The notes under the pieces were generated by a model. The model had not been told where the DNA came from. It made no database searches and was given only the letters and a program-made list of their open reading frames with translations. From NCBI GenBank assembly GCA_964016885.1, contig OZ024755.1, positions 2,728,001 through 2,792,000 on the forward strand: a stretch of DNA of 64,000 nt, written 5' to 3'. Both the position numbers and the translations under genes were made by a program. The DNA is from Eledone cirrhosa. Taxonomy: Eukaryota. Position 1 is the stretch's first letter. Every line of letters starts with the position of its first letter. This document shows, piece by piece, positions 25,007 to 40,506 of this stretch.

Positions 25007-25675
25007 ATTACGAAGACATGATAAAAACTTCTTCCCGCAATGACAAACCAATGTTTTATTTAGACATAGTGTATCTAGGACTACAGTATCTAATGTTTCA
25101 GTTTCACCTTCTTCAGAGGAGATTTGGCAGCTGTTTCTGGTAGATCGAGCAACATTATAAAGTCGGCTGAATTACTGCATTGTTTTCACTTTCATTTTAG
25201 TTTTTATTTCTTTTTACAAATCACATTTAAAATTTAACTCAATTTCAGAGGAAGAAAAAAATAGGGAAAGAGACAGAGATTAGAGAAAGGAAAGATGAGA
25301 ACGGGATAAGATGAGAGAGAGGGGGGGGTTAAGATAAGAGAGCTGAGGTGAGAGAGAAGTGTGAGGTGAGGAAGAAAGAGAGGGAGACAGGCAGTCAGGC
25401 AGACAGACAGGCAGACGGACAGGCAGGCAGACAGACAAGGGAAATAAGTGAGAGGGAAGTGAAATGAGAGAGGGAGAGGTATGAGATGAAAAAGAGAGAG
25501 AGTGGGAGAAGTAACAAACGAAATGAATTACGTGTTTAATACAACCATTTAGTTTCTGAGTTCAAATCCCACCGTGGTGAATGTTTCCTTTCATCCTTCC
25601 AGGGTCGATAAAACAAAGTACCCCTCTTTCAAGTAATGGAGACTATAATAACCCAATTCCACCTCCCTCTCTCCC

Positions 25676-26104
25676 ACCTCACCACCCCCAGTAAACTAAT
25701 GGACTCAACCCACGTTAGAAATAATTCCTACCTCACCACCCCCAGTAAACTAATGGCTTCAGTCCACGTTAGAAATAATTTCCACATTACCATCCCTAGT
25801 AAAATGATGGACTCAACCCACGTTAGAAATAATTCCTACCTCACCACCCCCAGTAAACTAATGGCTTCAGTCCACGTTAGAAATAATTTCCACCTTACCA
25901 TCCCTAGTAAAATGAGGGACTCAACCCACGTTAGAAATAATTCCTACCTCACCACCCCCAGTAAACTAATGGCCTCAGCCCACGTTAGAAATAATTTCCA
26001 CCTTACCACCCCTAGTAAAATGATGGACTCAGTCCACGTTAGAAATAATTCCTACCTTACTACCCCCAATAAACTAATGGACTCAACCCACGTTAGAAAT
26101 AATT
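25676..26104. repeat. 54-bp minisatellite (~8 copies, alternating A/B variants) following a SINE fragment at 25555-25622
   Basis: 18-aa period in the ORF; unit ctcaccacccccagtaaactaatggactcaacccacgttagaaataattcctac. Confidence 0.9.
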
Positions 26105-26304
26105 ATAACATTTTTTATTTCTCGAATGGTTAATTGGCAGAATTGATAGAATGGTATTATTTTATATTCTGAGTTTAATTTCTAACCAGACTCGGTTTTG
26201 CCTTTTAATCAACTCTGATACTCGATATAATCGACTAATTCTGACACTCAAATAAATAGCTTTGTGATCAAGCTACCAATCAGTATTATCATTATTGTCA
26301 TTAT

Positions 26305-26515
26305 AGGGCGGTGGATTGGCAGTATCGGGAGAGAGTCGGACGCCATGCTTTGCAGCATAGTGTTAAGGCTCTTTATGTTTCTGAGTTGAAATCCTGCCGA
26401 GAATAGCTAGCTTTGCATTTCGTCTTTACGCGGTCGAAAAAAAAAAAAATACAGCACCAGTAATGCACTGGGGTCGTTTTAATCGACTTTCCCCTCCTCC
26501 GAATTTGTTGGCCCT
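26305..26515 (+). mobile_element. tRNA-SINE family 1, diverged
   Basis: Head gggcggtggattggcagtatcgg and conserved core. Confidence 0.8.
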
Positions 26516-27058
26516 GAGTCAAGGGTTCACTTTGAAGACGAAGGAGGAGAAGAAGAAGAAGAAGAAGAAGAAGAAGGCAGGAGAAGATGAAGAAGAAGAA
26601 ACATAGTGGAGTAGCAACTTATAATTAAAAATAACCTTTCTCTTTTATCAAACTTATAAATTGTCTATTTGTTTTATTTGGCTTCTAAGTCCATTGAAAA
26701 ACAAACATAATTTTGGGGGAGGAGGCCAGAAGTAAGACGGAACATAAAACACAATGTGATATTTCTTAGTCAAGAAACAGAGAAAAGATAAAAGACAGAA
26801 GATTTAGTTTCTGGTGAGAGGTAAATTGTGTTATATAAAGCAAAGTAGATAAATTGTATTAGATAAAACATTGTATCAGTCACGTATTAGTGTCGATTTC
26901 ATGGACTGGTGCTTGTCTCCAGAATTATGGGAGTTTCGGCCTGTCTCGGAAATCAATGTCATATGTATTTATACATATATATATATATATATACACACAC
27001 ACATATATATATATACACACACACATATATATATATACACACACATATATATATATAT

Positions 27059-27112
<54 letters not shown>

Positions 27113-27116
<4 letters not shown>

Positions 27117-27305
27117 CGAAGGAAGTGTGGTAAGGAACCAGGTGAACTATAACGCACAAGAGTACGCAATACTTAGGGTAGTAGAGTCGGTAATAGGAAA
27201 AGAGTCAGACCCCGACGGCAGAGCTCAAGCCGTTTCGACAGCTATTTCTGGGCCGAAATAGCTGTCGAAGCGGCTTGAGCTCTGCCGTCAGGGTCTGACT
27301 CTTTG

Positions 27306-27310
<5 letters not shown>
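27113..27310. mobile_element. Family A asymmetric palindromic element (long left arm)
   Basis: Arms meet at tttc-tgggcc-gaaa (~27250); the right arm ends ctttgcctat(at)n. Confidence 0.9.
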
Positions 27311-27355
<45 letters not shown>

Positions 27356-27359
27356 TATC

Positions 27360-27670
27360 TGGCACTCCGTCGGTTATGATGATGAGTGTGTTCCAGTTGA
27401 TCCGATCAACGTAACACAACCTGCTCGTGAAATTAACGTGCAAGTGGCTGAGCATTCCACAGACACGAGTACCCTTAACGTAGTTCTCAAGGAGATTCAG
27501 CGTGACACAGACTGTGATAAAGCTGGTCCTTCGAATTACAGGTACAACTCATTTTTGGAGTGGACTGCAGCAACATGAAATAAAGTGTCTTGCTCAAGGA
27601 CACAACGCGCCTCCGACAACCGAACCCTCGACCTTACGATTGTCAGCCGAATACCCTAACGCGCCTTCAC
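27360..27670 (-). mobile_element. tRNA-derived SINE, family 2
   Basis: Colinear with 4350-4678. Confidence 0.85.
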
Positions 27671-27833
27671 TTTATCTATCTATCTATCTATAAATTCCAT
27701 TTGTGATAACATTTTACACGTTTTTATTGTATGTAAACTTCCCCCTTTGTATTTGTCCCCTTCTTTTGTGCCCCTGTGGCTAATAAAGAAATATATCTAT
27801 CTATCTAGAGAGAGGGAGAGAGAGGGAGAGAGA

Positions 27834-27871
<38 letters not shown>

Positions 27872-27877
27872 GAGAGA

Positions 27878-27936
<59 letters not shown>

Positions 27937-28129
27937 TGGATAATATATTTCGAGATACACTAGGGCTGAAAACAAAAAGGGGGGACGGCTATGGCTGGCC
28001 TTGGTTAGAAAACCAAACCAAACCGTTACCACGAACCTATCAAACTACTATAGTTCACTACTACTCTCTTAATAACAGAAATGATATCATGCCAGGGGTG
28101 GTAGATAAGGTATTAGAGGTAGTTGTAGG

Positions 28130-28690
28130 TGGATGTGGGGTATATGAAGGGTTAGTGGCAGCTGTGGGGTATATGTAGGGTTAGTGGTAGATAGCTGTGG
28201 GGTATATGTAGGGCTAATGGTAGATAGCTGTGGGGTATATGTAGGGTTAGTGGTAGATAGCTGTGGGGTATATGTAGGGCTAATGGTAGATAGCTGTGGG
28301 GTATATGAAGGGCTAATGGTAGATAGCTGTGGGGTATATGTAGGGTTAGTGGTAGATAGCTGTGGGGTATATGTAGGGCTAATGGTAGATAGCTGTGGGG
28401 TATATGTAGGGTTTGTGGTAGATAGCTGTGGAGTATATGTAGGGTTAGTGGTAGATAGCTGTGGGGGTATATGTAGGGCTAATGGTAGATAGCTGTGGGG
28501 TATATGTAGGGTTAGTGGTAGACAGCTGTGGGGTATATGTAGGGCTAATGGTAGATAGCTGTGGGGTATATGTAGGGTTAGTGGCAGCTGTAGGGTATAT
28601 GTAGGGTTAGTGGTAGATAGCTGTGGGGGGTATATGTAGGGTTAGTGGTAGATAGCTGTGGGGGTATATGTAGGGTTAGTGGCAGCTGTA
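28130..28690. repeat. 33-bp G-rich minisatellite, ~17 copies
   Basis: Unit gtggtagatagctgtggggtatatgtagggtta, with a ctaatgg variant. Confidence 0.95.
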
Positions 28691-28810
28691 GATGGGTGTG
28701 GGGTAGATATGGTGTTGCGACTATTCGAGTTTATACAATGAGGCATATTACTAAATATTTTGTGTGTATATTTATTTATGTATGTGTGTGTGTTGATGTT
28801 ACATTATGTA

Positions 28811-28859
<49 letters not shown>

Positions 28860-28860
28860 C

Positions 28861-28942
<82 letters not shown>

Positions 28943-29260
28943 ATATATATATGAAGAGAGAGAAAGACAGACAGACGGAGAGATACATGCATTGTTGTTC
29001 AGATATCAATATTGAATACAAGTGTATAGACGTTTGTGTATATATTTATATATATTTATATATATACATAAATATATATATTTGTAAATAAACACACATA
29101 CTCACAATCACTCATATATATACATGTCTGTATGTAGAGACACGTACACACACATATATATATGTATGTGTCTATATATATATATATCTACACACAATGC
29201 ACACACATAAATACATCCATATATATGGATGTATTATGTATATATATATCTGTGTGCGTA

Positions 29261-29320
<60 letters not shown>

Positions 29321-29473
29321 CATATATATATATAGATATATATATATACATATATATATACATATATATATATACATATATACATATATATATACATATA
29401 TATATAAACATATATACATATATATATATATACATATATATATATACATATATATATATACATATATATATAC

Positions 29474-29522
<49 letters not shown>

Positions 29523-29577
29523 CATATATATATGTATATATATATACATATATATACATATATATATATATATCTAC

Positions 29578-29629
<52 letters not shown>

Positions 29630-29729
29630 TATGTATATATATATATGGATGTATTATGTGTATATATATATATGATACAACCATATATATATATATATAT
29701 ATATATGGTTGTATCATGTAATAGATATC

Positions 29730-29832
<103 letters not shown>

Positions 29833-30719
29833 TGTACAGAGAAAGAAAGGAAAATAGATTATAGATACATATATATACACATGAAAACAGTATTATTGTA
29901 TGTGTGTATAATTTGATTATTTTACTGTCTAACTTTTATGAAATAACGTTTAATAGAATTTGTATGTTTGTCTATATTTGATTCGATATTTCGGACGAAC
30001 ATAAATTCTATTAAATCGGATTCAACAAGGAGAATACGATAAAGTAATAATAATAACAACAATATTAATAATAATATTAAAGAGAATCCTTATCATGGCC
30101 ATCGTGATGGTCATGATGATGATTATGATCGTGATGGTCATCATGATGACGATTATGATCGCTTCTTTGCCATTATTCCTTTCATATATCTAATTTCATT
30201 TCATGTATGATATCATTGCAGCGATGCAAAAGAATAGAATTCCTCATATGATATTTTGAAACCATTAACTTTCAACATTTCAATTCTTTGTATTCCGTAA
30301 CATTATATTTTGTTTTTAATTTTATTATTGTTGTTTTTATTTGTATTTTATGTATATTTATTGGAATTGTGAATGGAAAGATCGGTAAAGCTGTCAGATA
30401 AAATTCTTTACGCTATTTACTTACGTCAATATACACTCGAACTCCATCAGGGTCACCTTCCAGGGTTTATAGCGCTCCAGGACTGAACAACAGAACCCTG
30501 GTATAAAGTTCTCGACAAATATTTAACTCTTTAGCATTTAAACCGGCCAGAACTATCTCACTTCTTTCTGTTCAAACCGGCCGTATCTGGCCGTTCATAC
30601 CTACATTAACGTATTGTTCTCAAAACAAATAACATCAAAATCTCGTGGATTCGATATCATGTGAGATAAGTATGTAAGATAAAGCCTTTTCTGTGAAAAT
30701 ACAATAGTATATATAGAAT

Positions 30720-30840
30720 AATTGTTTCTACTTTTGGCACAAGGCCAGCAAATACCCAGTACATTACTGGTACTTTATTTTATCGACCCCGTAAGGATGA
30801 AAGGCAAAGTTAACCTCGACGGGATTTGAACTCTGACCGT
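30720..30840 (-). mobile_element. 5'-truncated tRNA-SINE family 1
   Basis: Reverse complement of core and tail; flanking repeat tatatatagaataat. Confidence 0.85.
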
Positions 30841-31254
30841 AATATATATATATAGAATAATGTAAATACTAAAGCGTTAATATATGTTATGGAATTATGA
30901 AGGAAAATACAAAGGTTTCCTTTTCCTTTTTTTTTTTTTTTCTTGAGTTTCAATTCTCCCAATGTTAGCTTTGCTTTGCTTTTCATTCTTTCGGGTCGAT
31001 AAATTAAAGTACCAGTAATGCACTGGGATCAGTTTAGTCGATTTTCCCTTCCCCAAAAATTATTAGCCTTGGTGGTGATGATAGTGGTGCTAGTAGTTGT
31101 GGTTGTACAAAACACTATCTTGTTGACTAGAGGCAGAGAAAATGTGAGCACCTTCTCGGGTACTCAGTCTGTAAGGACCATAACAAATACCATGAGGTGT
31201 TTCCGTTTCTTTTTCCATTGCTGATACTATCTATGAGTGGAAACTCCGAGCAGA

Positions 31255-31377
31255 AAGAGCAATGTGAAATAAAGTGTCTTGTTCAAGGATTTAACGCATC
31301 ATCGGGTCCGGGAAACGAATTCACAACCTCACGATTGCTAATCCAATTCTCTAACCACTAAGCCACGTGTCTTTACA
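31255..31377 (-). mobile_element. SINE family 2 head fragment
   Basis: gtgaaataaagtgtcttgttcaagga...ctaaccactaagccacg. Confidence 0.75.
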
Positions 31378-32340
31378 AATTTGACGCTCACTCCATTACC
31401 GTCATTTTGGGCCTTAGCTGCATCAACAATCATGTTTGGCTGTAGCTGTATCACCCTCGTGTTAGGCAGTTTCTATATCAACCTCATGAATTATCAGTCT
31501 TGAAAGGTTTTCAAAGGTTTTAGGCATTTTTCCGCTTCCTCGGACTAACGTATAAAATTAATTTGAACACATAGGAACATAGAAAACGCAATTCCTTTCA
31601 ACTATACTAAGCTTGTGTGGTACATACAGTCAATAACTTCTGTTCCTTCTTACTCAAACGTTCAGTGTTCGACTTCTATGGAATTCTACACAACACAATA
31701 TATTAGATAACAATAACTACATTCAAACTGTAAACACTGGGGTGGGGGTGGGGTAAAAAAGTTCCCAGTGCAGAACCTTAGATAGGTAACTGCTACCATA
31801 GTCTTTTACCATTTTGATTGAAAATAAATTAATGAAATCTGTGTTGAAACCCGTCAAAGGTACTGTTATTTTATTTAATCTTATACTCTTGTATGTTTTA
31901 AAACAGACAATCTAAGGCTCTGCTGGAGCCTCATAACTTGTCGTGTCAAATTTTAGTGGTTTCTCTTCTGTTGCAAGTATTGGGGGTGGGGGTGGGGGGT
32001 TTGACTTTCGGTCTGGTTTGGTAAATTCTTCCCTTCCTCATATCAGATCAGGTTAACCCTTACTCCTCTGACTAAACAAACATTTCTTTTAAAATATTTG
32101 ATTTTTATTCATTCTATCGATTTTGTTGAAACCAACACAAATGAACAAATATCGAGGCAGTAACATCAAACTATCACATTGACTAATTACAAGCAAAACT
32201 AAAGAATGCAAGCGGTTGTATTGATGAAGCTACCCTACCATTAACACAGAAAAAAATGGATGGTAGCATTTGAGAGTATTAGTTAAGGTATTATTGAATA
32301 TTCAGTCAAATGTTTCTTTTCGTTATATAACAAATTAGGT

Positions 32341-33010
32341 GAGCAGACTTGAGCAGACTTGAGCAGACTTGAGCAGACTTGAGCAGACTTGAGCAGACTT
32401 GAGCAGACTTGAGCAGACTTGAGCAGACTTGAGCAGACTTGAGCAGACTTGAGCAGACTTGAGCAGACTTGAGCAGACTTGAGCAGACTTGAGCAAACTT
32501 GAGAAAACTTGAGCAGACTTGAGCAGACTTGAGCAGACTTGAGCAGACTTGAGCAAACTTGAGCAAACTTGAGCAGACTTGAGCAGACTTGAGCAGACTT
32601 GAGCAGACTTGAGCAGACTTGAGCAAACTTGAGCAAACTTGAGCAGACTTGAGCAGACTTGAGCAGACTTGAGCAGACTTGAGCAGACTTCAGCAGACTT
32701 GAGCAGACTTGAGCAGACTTGAGCAGACTTGAGCAGACTTGAGCAGACTTGAGCAGACTTGAGCAGACTTGAGCAGACTTGAGCAAACTTGAGCAAACTT
32801 GAGCAAACTTGAGCAGACTTGAGCAGACTTGAGCAGACTTGAGCAAACTTGAGCAAACTTGAGCAGACTTGAGCAGACTTGAGCAGACTTGAGCAGACTT
32901 GAGCAGACTTGAGCAGACTTGAGCAAACTTGAGCAGACTTGAGCAGACTTGAGCAGACTTGAGCAGACTTGAGCAGACTTGAGCAAACTTGAGCAGACTT
33001 GAGCAGACTT
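32341..33010. repeat. 10-bp satellite (gagcagactt) x67
   Basis: Perfect 10-bp phase with occasional gagcaaactt variants. Confidence 0.98.
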
Positions 33011-33061
33011 GAGTAGATTTTTATAGAAAATATATCGTAAGTCACTTTATGCATAAGATAT

Positions 33062-33225
33062 AATTATTTCTACATTAGACACAAGGCCATCAATTTGAAG
33101 GAGGAGGAAGTCGATTAAATCGACCCCAATGCATTACTGGTGCTTTATTTTATCGACCCCGTAAGTATGAAAGGTAAGCCTAACATCAGTGAGATTTTAA
33201 CTCAGAACGTCAAGGGCCATAACGC
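33062..33225 (-). mobile_element. tRNA-SINE family 1, diverged
   Basis: Reverse complement of the core (ttattttatcgaccccgtaag..tgaaagg). Confidence 0.75.
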
Positions 33226-33580
33226 GTGCAATTCTTCTGCACTACATATATGTATGTTGTATGTATATATATATATGCGGGTGTGTGTGTATTATATATA
33301 TATACATACATACACACACAAGTATATCGTATATATATAAATTTGTATATTTATATAGATATACTTATATACATGCATATGTATATACACATACATACTT
33401 ATACACACACACATGTATATCATATATATATATATATATATATAGAAAGAGAGAGATTTACATATATATACAATATACTTATATACATATGTATATATAT
33501 ATGTGTGTGTTTGTGTGTGTGTATATATATATATATATGCATATGTGTGTGTGTTCATGCATATATGCTTGTGTGGAGAG

Positions 33581-33636
<56 letters not shown>

Positions 33637-34054
33637 GGAAATGTGTATATATAATTTTATATTTGAAGCCAGAATCAAAGCAGTAAACATGGAGCGACGC
33701 TGAAAAGGTGTCAAATCTTTATTATATTTCACTGACGTTAGAAAATAAGATGAGATATAAACAATAAAAACTTCTTCCATAAAAATATTTAAATGATGAA
33801 ATGAACAACAAAATGGAGAGCGAGACAGGAGCGACCACAAAAAATAAGTGATTATTCTCTGGACATATAAATCTCGCCCAGAAAAAATAGGTGTTGTGTA
33901 GCATAGAATAGATTTTAAACAAAAACTATATAAGTAATACAAAAAAGATTTAAACTAATAATGCTATTTATTGGTCACAGTGGTCTGCCACAGCGACATA
34001 AAATTGCAATTGTATTATATATAAAGAGTAGACGTATACACACACATGCATATA

Positions 34055-34111
<57 letters not shown>

Positions 34112-34192
34112 GTATGTATATATATATATATACATACATATATATATATATATATATTTATATTTATACATGTATGTATATACAATTAACAT

Positions 34193-34232
<40 letters not shown>

Positions 34233-34250
34233 GAATCTATATACATGCAT

Positions 34251-34297
<47 letters not shown>

Positions 34298-34719
34298 TTT
34301 AGTACAGCATAGACGAAGCTCTAGTATACGGACAAGCTAGCGTGTATGCATATTCGGTCTGATATATATATATACACACACACCCGTCGAAAATCTACGT
34401 ACAACATATTTAAAATATATAAACTCGTATATAACAAAGAAAGGCGCTCCTAACTGGGAGCGTGGATTGCCACCAAGTGACAATCAGGACATACCAAGGC
34501 CTCGACTACATTCTGTCTGCCTTCCAAGTAGGAGGTGCTACCTCTACTGTCGACAAGTCACCTTGAATAGCCCGGAAATACTGATAAAGGCCTTGACATC
34601 CGTTCAGAGTTGGAGAGTACCTGCCCTTCTTCGTACCTCCAAAGAACATATTATAGGAGAGGTACAAAGCCAAGCCTCTGGCTCTTACCATTCTATAGTG
34701 TCTTGCAATAATGACCTCT

Positions 34720-34918
34720 GATGTTTTAGGCACAATGCCAACAATTTTGGGACAAGGAGAAACTCTATTAAATCTACCCCAGTGCATTACTGGTACTTTA
34801 TTTATTTTTTGATCCTGTGAGAATGAAAGCAAAGCTAACCACGGCGGAATTTGAACTCAGAACGTAAAGAGCTGTAATTCTATGCCGCAAAGCATGTTGT
34901 CCGACGCTCTACCGATAT
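34720..34918 (-). mobile_element. tRNA-SINE family 1
   Basis: Reverse complement of head, core and tail. Confidence 0.8.
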
Positions 34919-35129
34919 TACTGAAGGAGTTACCGGGCAAAATTATCATAATCAAACGGAACAGTCTACATTAGAGACCAGCAAATGTCACATGGATATT
35001 CAGGTTGCGAATTTTAACAAAACTAGAATCTACACAGCTATGCCGATCACGTTTTTCAAAATGGAGAACTACCTTTATACAGAAAGATATGAGAATTTAT
35101 ACTGAAATGATCAGCATGATATTATTATT

Positions 35130-35240
35130 GATTTAGAATTCACTCTTAGAACTAACAAAGAAGACATGCATTTCTTAGAAATAGAACATCTACATCTTGA
35201 AGATGAGATAAGTTGTGTGACAATATACCTGGCAAGCCTA
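35130..35240 (+). pseudogene. Possible decayed Penelope-like reverse transcriptase fragment
   Basis: DLEFTLRTNKEDMHFLEIEHLHLEDEISCVTIY resembles the PLE RT pattern 'I.FT.E.E....L.FLD..I......L...IY.KP'; it lies upstream of a same-strand hammerhead. Confidence 0.4.
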
Positions 35241-35508
35241 TAGTAAGCCTATATTAACAAAATAATTCTTCAGGCAATGGGAAATCGCTTCAACAGCTTT
35301 AGCCAATAACATGATCAACTATGATTGGATTCTGACGTGTCAGAAATTGTTTATGCATAACAGAGTTAAAAGTAGCCATATTTGAGAAGAATATGTCTTT
35401 GTGGGTCATATTCAAAAAATTGGTCAAGGGACGCTGACGAGAAGTGAGATTCAAAGATGCTGTTATCCTGAGTATTCCGCTAGTCTATATAACCATTTTA
35501 TATAACCA

Positions 35509-35550
<42 letters not shown>

Positions 35551-35610
35551 CCAAGGCTCTGATACCATCAACACTATAAACACAGAGCTGGCATATCTCA
35601 GAACTGACTA

Positions 35611-35666
35611 ACTGCCTGATGAGGTCATAGCCATTCAATGGCTATCATCGAAATATATATAGCAGT
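35611..35666 (+). ncRNA. Type I hammerhead ribozyme, minimal Penelope-type
   Basis: actgc-CTGATGA(35616-22)-g..atagccatt-c-aatggctat..c-GAAA(35650-53)-t-atat-a-TA-gcagt; all core nucleotides present and stem I perfect. Confidence 0.85.
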
Positions 35667-35873
35667 AAATTATGAGTTCATGCAATTGATTTGTGTTTCG
35701 TCACTATATATATATATATATATATATATAAGAACAAAGAACCAGTGTGCACCATATACATATTTAATTACATGTTTTATTCTCGATCAGCTTGAGGAAC
35801 TATGTATTAATGATCGAACCTGACTCTGGAATCGGAAGATCCTCAGATGTGTTTTAACACGCACACACACACT

Positions 35874-35911
<38 letters not shown>

Positions 35912-35912
35912 A

Positions 35913-35945
<33 letters not shown>

Positions 35946-36442
35946 ATACTCAATGCCTTGGTTAGCTGGGTAACTGGTACGTTGGATTTTCTGACGTCAC
36001 GTATATCATATGGACAGAGTAAAAAAATATATATAGGGAGAGAGAAATAGAGAGACAGAGATAGAGAGTGAAACAAAAGCTAATGGCGGCCGTACACATA
36101 GGTCCAGCTCTCATTTATTGTAGACTGATAGTAGCCATCTTATTTCAACAATAATGTGTTGCTGGAGATAGGTCTTGGTGACATGTTCAAGTCTATTATC
36201 TCATATCACAGCTTGATCAACAAATACGTAAAAATAAACAATATGTAATGATAAATGTTTCAGAAGTTTAACACAACAAAAAACGTGTAGAAAATACCTC
36301 TACCCATTATCGATTATTCTAGCAATCAATATCCCTAGTGTATTTCCAATTAAAGCATGTACTATCATATATATATCTGCGTGTATGTATAAAAGGACTC
36401 ACACACACACACACACACACACATTTATCTATCTATCCATGG

Positions 36443-38370
<1,928 letters not shown>

Positions 38371-38693
38371 TGTACAAATACATCGTTCTATAGCTATGTA
38401 GGTTTTGTTATATAGCTAATTAACGATATCTCTAGCCAAGTAATCGCTAAAGCTATGCAAGTTTAACTGAAACTCCCTCCATATATACGCTGATGCTTCG
38501 TTATTCATTATTAACAATCCTTTATGTATAACATTCACGATGCTGTGTATACAAAAAACATCATTTAGCATCGTTGACATGAATGACAAAACTTACAAAA
38601 TAGAACAGTTTTATAAAGCTTTGTGAATACAATAACTAGGGCAGTTATTATGGTCTATATTGCGTTGCTTGTGCTCGAGATAACGATAATTAT

Positions 38694-38763
<70 letters not shown>

Positions 38764-38766
<3 letters not shown>

Positions 38767-38770
38767 CTCT

Positions 38771-38832
<62 letters not shown>

Positions 38833-39004
38833 AGAGCTTCTATACGGGACTAGAACTGTTTCATTCGTGAGAAATCATCAGGTGATGATTTCTCACGAAT
38901 GAACAGTTCTAATCCTGTAGAAGCTCTTCTATATTAAAACTTTATACTCTGCTACGTATTGAGTACCTTACTTACTGTGGTTACCTCCGATTCATCCTGG
39001 AATA

Positions 39005-39063
<59 letters not shown>

Positions 39064-39138
39064 TGAGTTTATATAGACTCGTGTATTACATAAACACAAA
39101 CGCACACACCACTATATATATATATATATATAAGCTCT

Positions 39139-39184
<46 letters not shown>

Positions 39185-39354
39185 AGAGCTTCTACGGGAC
39201 TAGAACTGTTTCATTCGTGAGAAATCATCAGGTGATGATTTCTCACGAATGAACAGTTCTAATCCTGTAGAAGCTCTTCTATATTAAAACTTTATACTCT
39301 GCTACGTATTGAGTACCTTACTTACTGTGGTTACCTCCGATTCATCCTGGAATA

Positions 39355-39415
<61 letters not shown>

Positions 39416-39484
39416 TGAGTTTATATAGACTCGTGTATTACATAAACACAAACGCACACACCACTATATATATATATAAGCTCT

Positions 39485-39552
<68 letters not shown>

Positions 39553-39903
39553 AGAGCTTCTACGGGACTAGAACTGTTTCATTCGTGAGAAATCATCAGG
39601 TGATGATTTCTCACGAATGAACAGTTCTAATCCTGTAGAAGCTCTTCTATATTAAAACTTTATACTCTGCTACGTATTGAGTACCTTACTTACTGTGGTT
39701 ACCTCCGATTCATCCTGGAATAATTTATATATATATATATATATAAGCAAGATGTATGGTAAGTCGTATGTGAATCGCGATGATCACGTCTGACCTACCA
39801 AATATGTGACGGTAGCTATATATATATAAAACTGAGTTTATATAGACTCGTGTATTACATATACACAAACGTGTATTACATAAACACAAACGCACACACC
39901 ACT
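38764..39903. repeat. Tandem triplication (~350-370-bp unit) of a family B hammerhead-bearing palindromic element
   Basis: Units start at 38764, 39132 and 39478. Each has a ~110-bp palindrome centred on tcatca-gg-tgatga, and the minus strand reads CTGATGA-tttctcacgaat-GAAA-cag-ttctagtc-ccg-TA. Confidence 0.9.
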
Positions 39904-40383
39904 ATATATATAGAGATAGATAGATATGCGTGATTCGTTGAATTAATATTAGAAATACATTAAATATACATGGATATATAAAATATATAAGAAATACAGA
40001 AACATTAACAGATTTAACTTACCACCAGAGGTATATCCGTTACGAAGGAGAATTAGTATAAGTCTATCGAAGTTGACAAACTGAGTTTGTGCTAGGATGT
40101 TGAACTTTCCCACAAGCTCAATGAATTCACGTGACTTGCACTTCCGGAGAGCTAGTCCCTGATTCAGAGCGTACATATTTAGTTATTAGGGGTAAGTTCA
40201 GGATTATTTGCAGGTATCATAGAGAGAGAGGGGGAAGCCGAGAGAAAGGGAGGCGATTATAGTGGGAGTTCAGCTCTTCCACGTTCGGACCATATCTTTG
40301 TGGCTGTGTACATTAGGCAGTTAATGTGTCTGTTTAGTGAGTCTGTTAACGCTCGACCAAGCTACCAAGCTACCAAGCTACTC

Positions 40384-40506
40384 GGCTGTCGGCGCGTGCG
40401 CCTGGCTCTGGCTGTCGGCGCGTGCGCGCGGCACTGGCTGTCGGCGCGTGCGCCTAGCTCTGGCTGTCGGCGCGTGCGCGCGGCTCTGGCTGTCGGCGCG
40501 TGAGCC
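40384..40506. repeat. 26-bp CpG-rich minisatellite, ~5 copies
   Basis: ggctgtcggcgcgtg recurs at 40384, 40410, 40436, 40462, 40488. Confidence 0.95.

Noticed and set aside
32283-33054. Long LLKSAQVCSS ORFs
   Set aside because: Artefact of a 10-bp satellite with no stop codon on the minus strand.
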